Shown here: positions 27,743 to 35,541 of the stretch, one piece after another
Numbering within the stretch: position 1 is the first letter of the stretch
Layout: each line of letters opens with the position of its first letter
DNA from: a virus
Length of the DNA stretch: 64,000 bases
Virus record (IMG/VR): IMGVR_UViG_3300030329_004481
Reading direction: 5' to 3' (one strand)
Position numbers and translations under genes: made by a program
Notes under the pieces: model-generated
Told to the model about the DNA's origin: nothing
The model's database searches: none
Seen by the model: the letters and a program-made list of their open reading frames with translations, nothing else

Positions 27743-28290
27743 CTATCATATTAGTTTGTACAGGGACAAAATATGATGAATGGTATGTAAACAACATAAT
27801 ACATATGATTAAAAATTATGGTAATTTAATTTATGATGAAATACAAATAATAAGAAAAGGTGAAGGTAGTGTATATGACAAACTCCAAATGTTTAGAGAT
27901 TTTACAGAAGAAAGATATTACCTTTATTTTGATTTAGATGTTGTGATTAAAGGTGACATAAATCATTTAGTAAGAAAAGAATTTACAACTCTTTTTGCTT
28001 GGTGGCGACCCAAATTACATACACCAATTAACTCATCAATTATGTCATGGTCTGGTGATAATTCATATATTTACTATGATTTCCATGAAGATGAAAACTA
28101 CAGTAAAGTAAAATATTGGAGAGGAATTGATGAATATATTTACAAAGAAACATATTGTCAATTATATGAAAAAGTTTGCTGGTCATGTGCGTATGATGCA
28201 AAGGAATTGAATTATCCTGTATGTCTTTTTAATCATGGTAAAGATATGAAAAAAATTGAATGGACACAAAAATATTTGCTCTCAGAATAG
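27736..28290 (+). CDS. GT-A fold glycosyltransferase-like protein
   Basis: VCTGTKY..YVNN, KLQMF, LYFDLDVVI (DxD), INSSIMSW, VCLFN. Confidence 0.72.
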   Translation: MVTIILVCTGTKYDEWYVNNIIHMIKNYGNLIYDEIQIIRKGEGSVYDKLQMFRDFTEERYYLYFDLDVVIKGDINHLVRKEFTTLFAWWRPKLHTPINSSIMSWSGDNSYIYYDFHEDENYSKVKYWRGIDEYIYKETYCQLYEKVCWSCAYDAKELNYPVCLFNHGKDMKKIEWTQKYLLSE

Positions 28291-28907
28291 GAAACAGATA
28301 TGGTATTGAATATGAAGATTATCTAAATTCTAAACTAGATAATATAACATGGATTCATGAACCATATAGAGATAATGTACTATTTCAATGGAATAAATTA
28401 TTTTTAATGAATCTTGAGATAGATGAACCAATTGTTGTCATAGACATTGACATATTACTAATCAATGATTATATGAAATTGATAGACTATCCTATTAAAG
28501 AAGATGAATTTGTATCTATTCATTCTTGGTGGAGAGATACAGACAATCCAAATTACACAATGAATGGTGGGTTTCAAAAATACTATCCAAAATCATGTAA
28601 ATACATTTATGAAAAATTTATGAGCGATCCAATACATTGGCAAAGTTATTATATAAAAAATGGAACAACTATTGGACCAGTAAATGGAGAACAATATTTT
28701 GTAGAAGATTCAGTCAAAGAAAAATTAAAATTAAAATTAGTACCCTCTGAATGGGTATGTAGATTTAAAGAAACATATACAATGGATTGGCTATATAACA
28801 TTAATAAAAAATATCCAGGTGACTATATGTACATGGGTGATTTTAATCCAGATATAAAACTTATTCACTTTAATCAATATGGAAATACTAAAAGAATTTT
28901 TGACTGA
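28260..28907 (+). CDS. GT-A fold glycosyltransferase-like protein
   Basis: LRIGNRY, WNKL, VIDIDILL (DxD), MNGG, GEQYFV, LIHF. Confidence 0.68.
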   Translation: MDTKIFALRIGNRYGIEYEDYLNSKLDNITWIHEPYRDNVLFQWNKLFLMNLEIDEPIVVIDIDILLINDYMKLIDYPIKEDEFVSIHSWWRDTDNPNYTMNGGFQKYYPKSCKYIYEKFMSDPIHWQSYYIKNGTTIGPVNGEQYFVEDSVKEKLKLKLVPSEWVCRFKETYTMDWLYNINKKYPGDYMYMGDFNPDIKLIHFNQYGNTKRIFD

Positions 28908-29331
28908 AGAACAATGTTTTGATATAATTGTTCAAAGAAAAAATGATTTAAGAAAATCACACATTTTTGGTGGGTTTACTAATAAAATAAGAAATTCAAG
29001 ATCTTCATATTGGAAGAAAGATTCTTTATTAGATAAAAAATTTAATTATCAATCAGTCGAATATCAATTAGTTGAATATGTGAAAGATTGCCATTACACA
29101 TGGCATGATGATGATAGTTTCAGAAGAATAGAAACAAATATAATTTTATTAAATGATAATTTTGAAGGTGGGGAATTTGAGTTAAAAGATTATGGAATTA
29201 TTAAATTAAATATTGGCGATTGTTTAAACTTTAAATCAACCTTAGATCACAGGGTAAAACCAGTGACCAAAGGTATTAGATACTCTTTGGTCACATGGTT
29301 ATATGATCAATCAGAAAAACCTATAATTTGA
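28879..29331 (+). CDS. Prolyl-4-hydroxylase-like 2OG-Fe(II) oxygenase
   Basis: QLVEY..YTWHDD..LLNDNFEGGEF..HRVKPVTKGIRYSLVTW (HxD..H..RxS). Confidence 0.88.
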   Translation: MEILKEFLTEEQCFDIIVQRKNDLRKSHIFGGFTNKIRNSRSSYWKKDSLLDKKFNYQSVEYQLVEYVKDCHYTWHDDDSFRRIETNIILLNDNFEGGEFELKDYGIIKLNIGDCLNFKSTLDHRVKPVTKGIRYSLVTWLYDQSEKPII

Positions 29332-29825
29332 CAATAAAAATAAAAAATTTCATGAATCTTTTCAGCTTTTCTTAATCTTGCTTTCATTTCAGTATTTTCA
29401 CTATCTTGAACTTCTTCTTGCTCAAACAAAGCTAATTTTAATTTAAATAAAAGTTCTTCACTTATATCTGAATTTGCAATCTTTTCAATTGTTAAATCAC
29501 CACCGCTTCCTTCAGCAGTAACTGTATCATAATCTGAATTAACAATTTTAACCAATTGTTCTTTTGTATATCCACTTGATTTCACGAAAGCTTGAGTTTG
29601 CAATTCCAGAGTTGCTTGTTCATCTACATACTCATCATTAGATTTTTGAATTTCTTCAAGTGACATAATACTAAGTATTTTATTCCAAGTAATGCCCTCT
29701 GGATGACAGTCTGTATAGTATTGTTCAGTTTCACCAGTATCTTTATTTTGTAAAAAATATAACAATTCTGTTTTTTCCTGATTCATGTATACAGTTCTAG
29801 TCAATGTATCTTTTGTAATTTCCAT
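29307..29825 (-). CDS. Hypothetical acidic protein
   Basis: 172 aa; SD-like GAGGAG upstream; abuts the preceding gene. Confidence 0.6.
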   Translation of the reverse strand: MEITKDTLTRTVYMNQEKTELLYFLQNKDTGETEQYYTDCHPEGITWNKILSIMSLEEIQKSNDEYVDEQATLELQTQAFVKSSGYTKEQLVKIVNSDYDTVTAEGSGGDLTIEKIANSDISEELLFKLKLALFEQEEVQDSENTEMKARLRKAEKIHEIFYFYCQIIGFSD

Positions 29826-30884
29826 CTAAACTCCTCTAAACAATTTTAAATAATATGTTGTATACGCAGTTATACTTCCAGATGGTGTTGAATATGTTCT
29901 GTAATTATCACCGCCCCATGTTCCTGGGCCTTGGTAACTAGTTGCAGAATCTCCATAATAATGGTCTGTAGCTGTCCCATTATTTGAATACCCGGCAGGA
30001 AATGAACTATCAGATGTTAATTCATACTGACATTCTAAATTTCTAGTTAAGTATTTAAGTAAAACCTTATTCATTAAATCTGAACCTATTCCTATGGGAT
30101 TGTGTACAATTTGTCCATTGTCTTCTTTTAATAAGTGATATTCTGTTCCTGGTCCATCACCATCATTACCACTACTCACATAATTGTGTTGTGCTTTCAT
30201 ATATAGTTTATATGTTGCATAATTACTATTGCCATAAACACGATCAATCATTACTATACTGTCAGACATCGTCCACCATAAATAGTTGGCATCAGGAACA
30301 CTAGAACTTGTCAGAAAATATGTACCAACTTCATCACCTGTTGATGATCCTACGGAATTTCCATGCATTTCAGCAATACAATCATCTAAAATAGTATCAT
30401 ATATATTTGTTTCATTGGTTTCCATAACTATACCATCAGTGGAATCATAAACAAGATATGAATGTTCCAGATCACTTGAGCTTGGTAAATCTGGATAAGA
30501 AGGATTCCCGGAATTGCTACTTTTCCAACTCTGCTCTTGATATAAATTTACTGTTGTAGAAGTTGTGCCTGTACCTGGTATACTAGGATAATCTGCTCCA
30601 GGTCCATAACCATAATTAGATCCAGGAGTGGGCCAATAATGCCACCGTCCCGTACCTGCATTATATTGGACTGTTTTATAATTATCTATTGTCTGACCAA
30701 CTTGAGTTCCAATAGAACTTGCCGTTCCTATTTTTCCAGTTGTGCGTCCTACACCATATGTATCTCCACCTTCCAACATTTGTGCATAGGCTCTCCTAAG
30801 ATTATACCTCAATCTAATCATATCATCATCAGAACAAGCTATTAATTCTGTACCATTCCTTCTCAGAGGTCTTCTTATTGCCAT
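29826..30884 (-). CDS. Putative virion structural protein (Gly/Ser/Thr/Tyr-rich)
   Basis: Composition and position directly after the fibre genes in the late operon. Confidence 0.55.
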   Translation of the reverse strand: MAIRRPLRRNGTELIACSDDDMIRLRYNLRRAYAQMLEGGDTYGVGRTTGKIGTASSIGTQVGQTIDNYKTVQYNAGTGRWHYWPTPGSNYGYGPGADYPSIPGTGTTSTTVNLYQEQSWKSSNSGNPSYPDLPSSSDLEHSYLVYDSTDGIVMETNETNIYDTILDDCIAEMHGNSVGSSTGDEVGTYFLTSSSVPDANYLWWTMSDSIVMIDRVYGNSNYATYKLYMKAQHNYVSSGNDGDGPGTEYHLLKEDNGQIVHNPIGIGSDLMNKVLLKYLTRNLECQYELTSDSSFPAGYSNNGTATDHYYGDSATSYQGPGTWGGDNYRTYSTPSGSITAYTTYYLKLFRGV

Positions 30885-30897
30885 AATTACATTTCCA

Positions 30898-32376
30898 TTA
30901 AGTTGTTAACAAATATCCAGAAAGAACCGCGGTGCCGCCAGAATCTTTAATTTGAAATAAAGCTGATCCTGTAAAAGTTTGTCCACCAAAAGTAAAATTT
31001 TCAGTAGCCGGAATAGTCAATCCTTTGTTTGCTGTAACATTACTATCTGATAATGATAAAACTGAAACATCCCCAGAACTATAAATATCGTTTCCATCAA
31101 CTTTTAAATCACCTTTAACGGTTGTTTTAGTAGCATCAGTAGCAAGTTCAATTGCATCCTGCCCACCTGATGATTGTATCATATTACCACTAAGTTTTAA
31201 ATTACCTGCAACAGTAACATTGGATGATGAAGTAGTTATTGCCGTAGCACTATCACTTGCTTTAATTGTATCACTATCAAGTTCCAGATTTCCCTTAACT
31301 GTAACATCTGTTCCAGACATTGTTATTGCTTCACCAGAACTTGAACTTATACTATTTCCTTCAACTTCTAAAGTGCCCTTAGTGATAACATTTGTTCCAC
31401 TTAAAGAAATTGCATGTCCAGTGCTAGAACTAATATCATTTCCAGTAACAGTTAAAGTTCCACCAACTGTAACATTTGTCCCACTTAAAGAAATTGCATC
31501 CCCAGTGCTTGATTTAATAGTATTCCCGCCAACTGTTAAATTACCTGCAACTGTTAACATTTCATTAGCATCAAGTGTTAATGTATCAGTGCCCTCACTA
31601 TTTAAAATTTTATTACCACTTAAAATAACTCCATCAGCCGCATTAAATTGCAATTTACCATTAGTATTATTGTCAACGCTTTCACCATTTCCAAAACTTA
31701 AATCATTTCCACCAACTTCTAAATCACCAGCAACTTTTGCGTTGTTTGAAATATCCCATCTTGTTCCTGAATTGTTCCATAATATATTATGATTTGCCGC
31801 GCCGTCATTTACTTGTATACCAGATCCATCAGCGGTTGATGTGGATTTAGTTTCCGCATTTGACAATTCAATCACTTTATCAGTAACTGCAACAGTTGTA
31901 GATTCAATAACTGTTTGAGTACCTTGTACAGTTAAGTTTCCAGTAATAACAGTATGTGCTGCCGCGATTTCAACGTGTGAAGCGGTCATTGTATGGTTAG
32001 TTGTTGTACTGTTAATTGACGTAGTATTAATTATTTGTCTTTGTACACCTTGAGTAAAAAATTTTAATTCATCTTCATCATTGCCCCAAGATTCATGGAC
32101 TGTAATTTTTGTATCACCATCTTTGTCTCTTACATCACTAAAATTTATCCATTCAGCTTCATGATATCCTTCATACTTATTTAAATCTGTATTATATCTA
32201 ATCATACCATTAACTGCTGGTGATATAGCACTTTTAGCAGTATTATCTCCTGCTGGTATTTTTAAATATCCAGTTCCATCAAATGAAAGATCGCCAAGGA
32301 TCGATGTATTACCAGTAATGGTTACGTCACCATCATGGTCAAAACTTTGTGACATTTCATATGCTCTTGATGTCAT
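30898..32376 (-). CDS. Tail fibre-like protein with ~28-aa beta repeats
   Basis: IPAG..GMIRYNT..YEGY module; VITGNLTVQG; tandem VTVxGxLxVxGNxIxSSxGxAIxLSGTN repeats. Confidence 0.75.
   Translation of the reverse strand: MTSRAYEMSQSFDHDGDVTITGNTSILGDLSFDGTGYLKIPAGDNTAKSAISPAVNGMIRYNTDLNKYEGYHEAEWINFSDVRDKDGDTKITVHESWGNDEDELKFFTQGVQRQIINTTSINSTTTNHTMTASHVEIAAAHTVITGNLTVQGTQTVIESTTVAVTDKVIELSNAETKSTSTADGSGIQVNDGAANHNILWNNSGTRWDISNNAKVAGDLEVGGNDLSFGNGESVDNNTNGKLQFNAADGVILSGNKILNSEGTDTLTLDANEMLTVAGNLTVGGNTIKSSTGDAISLSGTNVTVGGTLTVTGNDISSSTGHAISLSGTNVITKGTLEVEGNSISSSSGEAITMSGTDVTVKGNLELDSDTIKASDSATAITTSSSNVTVAGNLKLSGNMIQSSGGQDAIELATDATKTTVKGDLKVDGNDIYSSGDVSVLSLSDSNVTANKGLTIPATENFTFGGQTFTGSALFQIKDSGGTAVLSGYLLTT
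31030..31560 (-). repeat. Intragenic tandem repeat, ~84-nt (28-aa) unit, about 6 degenerate copies
   Basis: CCACTTAAAGAAATTGCAT occurs at 31397 and 31481 (84 nt apart); the protein repeats are visible. Boundaries are approximate. Confidence 0.8.
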
Positions 32377-32391
32377 TTTTCCCTTTGTTTG

Positions 32392-32850
32392 TTAATTGTC
32401 CCAATTAATTATTCTATGACTCTCTCGTAATTCTTCCATACTTAAATTAGGAAACTCTTTGAGTTTAAGTAAAACATTTCCCAAAACTCTTTCAATATCA
32501 AGTTCAACTAAAACATCATTTACTTTTTCAAGTTCATCATTTAATTTATCCTGATTTTCATCAGGTATTTTCCAATTACCATCATCCATGAGTTCACCAT
32601 ATTTTTCACCCAATTTAGTTCTCAATTCAGTCCACTTTTCAAAATGGATGTATATAGATTCTAAACATCTATAAAGTGGCCAGATTGAATTAATACTTTC
32701 TCTTTGCCATTCAATTACCCATAACTTATTTATTAATTTGGTCCATATTTGATTTTGATAATCTTTATAAGATATTATAAATTTTTTTGGACCTTCATCT
32801 TGTATAACTGTTTCTTTTGGTTTTTTCGCTCTAGCCATAATAAACTCCAA
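32392..32850 (-). CDS. Hypothetical helical protein between fibre genes (possible fibre chaperone, DUF1617-like)
   Basis: RTKLGEKYGE..GNWKIPDEN..LNDELEKV..VELDIE pattern and position; family assignment is weak. Confidence 0.4.
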   Translation of the reverse strand: MEFIMARAKKPKETVIQDEGPKKFIISYKDYQNQIWTKLINKLWVIEWQRESINSIWPLYRCLESIYIHFEKWTELRTKLGEKYGELMDDGNWKIPDENQDKLNDELEKVNDVLVELDIERVLGNVLLKLKEFPNLSMEELRESHRIINWDN

Positions 32851-32855
32851 ATTAA

Positions 32856-35312
32856 TTATTCATCGAGTTCTTCCATTACAAGTTTGTAATATTTTCCATT
32901 TCTATGATTGTATACTCTTATATATTCTGCTTGTTCATCTAATGTAAATTTACCATTTTCATTTTCCATGTTTATATCACCAGTATTTAATGCAGCAGAA
33001 TGTAATGTTGAAAATCTTTTAGTTGATGAACCCAATGTCCGTGTATTATCACCATCTGGTACAAAGTCAGAACCAATCTGTCCATTGAATGTAGTTGTTC
33101 CAGATATTGAAAGTGTGCTGTTAAAAACAGATGGATCTTCAGCTTCAAATCCACCAACATGAACTTTTTCATAATCAACTATTGTTACATTTCCAGCCGT
33201 ATCACCATCATCTGTAGTTTCACCAAAAACAAATTCGTCAGCTGATTCATCCCATATAAACATAGAATGTGCTACACCACTTCCGCCACCAGCTTGTGTT
33301 TCTGCGGTTCCTCTTTTAAATATAAAACCAGTATCAGAGGTATTTGTTGCGGGATTGGTTGAAAAATTATTTAACAAAATCAAAGGATCTTCTTGTTGTA
33401 TTTTTGAAGTTTCTAGTATTGTTTGATCACCTTGAACTTGTAAATTACCAGTAATCACAACATTGTTAGAATCAATAGTTGTTGTTGCTCCTGAATGTGC
33501 AACTGTTACATCACCTGACGCATCAACACCAATTGTTGCATTTGCAGCAAATGTATGACTAATTTTAACTTGTGCTGAATTTTCATTATGAACGTGTAAT
33601 GCATTTCCTGGAGATTTGATGCCAACACCAACTCTATTATTTGTGACATCAACCGCAAGAACAGAATTAGCATGTGAGTATGGATCTACACCAACATATG
33701 TATTAGCTTGGATAGAATTTGTTCCACCAGTATTTGCCCATTGTGATTTAGTATAAAGATCAGTAGTGTAAAATTGTGTATAAGCTTTTATCTCAATAAC
33801 ATCACCAACTGTACATGCAGCAATTGTAAAAGTACTTCCGTCTGAAGCTGTTACATCATTACTGTCTATCTTTGTTCCATTTTTAAATACATCCAACATT
33901 CCAACAGTATAACCTTTATTTGTTGTAAATGAAGTCTGACTCGCAGTTGCAACAAACCTTTCTTGTTCAAAAGCGGCCTTTGATAAATCCGCTGCCGCTA
34001 AAGATAAAACATCCACAATATCATTTGGTCCAATTGTAAAATTATTAAATCCAATTGTTACACCATTTTTGGTAAAGTCAGTATCATCTAACTTAACACC
34101 ATTTAAAAATACATTAACATAGTTTGGATTGTGTGTTGCATTAACAGAAGAAGTTCCTGCTGTTTGTCCAGTAATTCTTGCTTTATAAGTTGCAGCAGAA
34201 GTTGACATTTGATACCATTGACCTGAAGTAGAAGAATAATATTCTATTGCTCCTTTTCCACCATCAAGTTCAGTATTAAATCTTACCATTCCAGGTTGTA
34301 AAGTTGTTGTGGGTCTTTGTCCTGTTGTTCCTGCTGGTAAGGATAATGATGATGTGGCATCTCTACCAATAACAGATGTTGCAAACATATTATTTGCATA
34401 AACACTTCTTACTCTTGTCGCAGTTAATCCAATATCGTAAAGATCATTCTGATCTGGAACAAAATGTCCACCAGCTGAAGTATTTCCCATGTTCCATCTG
34501 TCAACACCCTCAGTACTAAATGTAATAGTATCTTCATCAGATCCTGATGTAGTTTCTAATGTAATTCTTGTATCTTGATCAGCGTCAACCGCACCACCTA
34601 ATCCAACAAAAGTATTAGCAGTATGATTATAACCTTCAAATCTAGATAATGTAGAATTATATCTTATTGCACCATGTAAATGTAATTCTCTATTTGCTCC
34701 AGAACTATTTGTATCAATAGTTGGACTTTCTGATGTTGTTCCTGATGGAATAATTAAATGAGATGAACTATTAGCACCAACAGATCTCCAAAAATGTCCC
34801 TGCTTCCATCTCTTACCATCTGCTCCAATATTTCTTTCAGTATTAGCAACAGAACCTTCAGGTTCAATATCAGTAGAAATGTCTGCATTTAATTCTAAAG
34901 TATCATCATCTAATCCACCCAATGCGCTACTAGGTGAAGTTCCCAACTTAATATTACCTTTGGCTTCAATATTTCCACCAACATGAAGATCAACACCAAT
35001 GTTTAAATCTTTTGCTATAGAAGCACCACCTGCCACAACAAGTGCTCCACTATCAGCTTGAAAGTTAATATCAATGTCTTTTGTAGAACTTAATTCTAGT
35101 GCGGTTCCTGTTCCTAATGTGGAATTGATTTTTCCAGAAACATTCAATGCTCCCATTGAAAACCCGCCGTCACCCGCATCATCTCTCCTTACAACAGTAT
35201 TCGCGATTGCGGAGGCGGTTGATGTATTAATATCTGTGATAATTTGATTGGTTCTAACCCTCCAAGTATCAAAACTATCAGTTAAAGCTACGTTTGCGAA
35301 ATTTGCTGCCAT
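32856..35312 (-). CDS. Tail fibre / baseplate-attached fibre protein
   Basis: N-terminal NVALTDSFDTWRVRTNQI typical of T4-like fibres; two IRYN/VRFN modules; two VFxNGxKxD domains; NNRVGVG; GNLQVQG. Confidence 0.75.
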   Translation of the reverse strand: MAANFANVALTDSFDTWRVRTNQIITDINTSTASAIANTVVRRDDAGDGGFSMGALNVSGKINSTLGTGTALELSSTKDIDINFQADSGALVVAGGASIAKDLNIGVDLHVGGNIEAKGNIKLGTSPSSALGGLDDDTLELNADISTDIEPEGSVANTERNIGADGKRWKQGHFWRSVGANSSSHLIIPSGTTSESPTIDTNSSGANRELHLHGAIRYNSTLSRFEGYNHTANTFVGLGGAVDADQDTRITLETTSGSDEDTITFSTEGVDRWNMGNTSAGGHFVPDQNDLYDIGLTATRVRSVYANNMFATSVIGRDATSSLSLPAGTTGQRPTTTLQPGMVRFNTELDGGKGAIEYYSSTSGQWYQMSTSAATYKARITGQTAGTSSVNATHNPNYVNVFLNGVKLDDTDFTKNGVTIGFNNFTIGPNDIVDVLSLAAADLSKAAFEQERFVATASQTSFTTNKGYTVGMLDVFKNGTKIDSNDVTASDGSTFTIAACTVGDVIEIKAYTQFYTTDLYTKSQWANTGGTNSIQANTYVGVDPYSHANSVLAVDVTNNRVGVGIKSPGNALHVHNENSAQVKISHTFAANATIGVDASGDVTVAHSGATTTIDSNNVVITGNLQVQGDQTILETSKIQQEDPLILLNNFSTNPATNTSDTGFIFKRGTAETQAGGGSGVAHSMFIWDESADEFVFGETTDDGDTAGNVTIVDYEKVHVGGFEAEDPSVFNSTLSISGTTTFNGQIGSDFVPDGDNTRTLGSSTKRFSTLHSAALNTGDINMENENGKFTLDEQAEYIRVYNHRNGKYYKLVMEELDE

Positions 35313-35319
35313 GTCTTAC

Positions 35320-35541
35320 CTATATTTTATTAAGTAGTAGTTCATTTAATTTTTCTTTTAATTCATCAACATCATTTTCCAAATTGGAAACTTTATCATT
35401 TAATATATTTATCTCTTGTTCTTTATTCTCTATCGATTTTCTCATTCTCCTATGAGCCTTTAAAGAACTAATATCATTCCTTAAAACTGCTTTACTAGAG
35501 GTATCTTTAACATACCCTGGAACATCAGTTTGTACAATCAT
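35320..35541 (-). CDS. Small coiled-coil hypothetical protein
   Basis: 73 aa; YVKDTSSKAVL followed by heptad repeats; GTGA-type start/stop overlap with the upstream gene. Confidence 0.65.
   Translation of the reverse strand: MIVQTDVPGYVKDTSSKAVLRNDISSLKAHRRMRKSIENKEQEINILNDKVSNLENDVDELKEKLNELLLNKI

Noticed and set aside
2-29331. Classical RiPP cluster with a small precursor peptide
   Set aside because: There is no intergenic space for a precursor and I saw no RRE/PqqD domain, peptidase or transporter. One could still lie left of the window.
2-29331. DNA hypermodification cluster as the primary interpretation
   Set aside because: No dCMP/dUMP hydroxymethylase, TET/JBP, amino-acid:DNA transferase or 7-deazaguanine genes were recognised, and the island is linked to fibre genes rather than replication genes. 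Downgraded, not excluded.
31030-31560. CRISPR-like array or diversity-generating retroelement repeats
   Set aside because: The repeats are in-frame degenerate coding units with no unique spacers, and no reverse transcriptase or cas gene was seen.
31220-31792. 190-aa plus-strand ORF with repeats
   Set aside because: Antisense shadow of the fibre repeat region; its repeats mirror the minus-strand gene and it has no independent motif.
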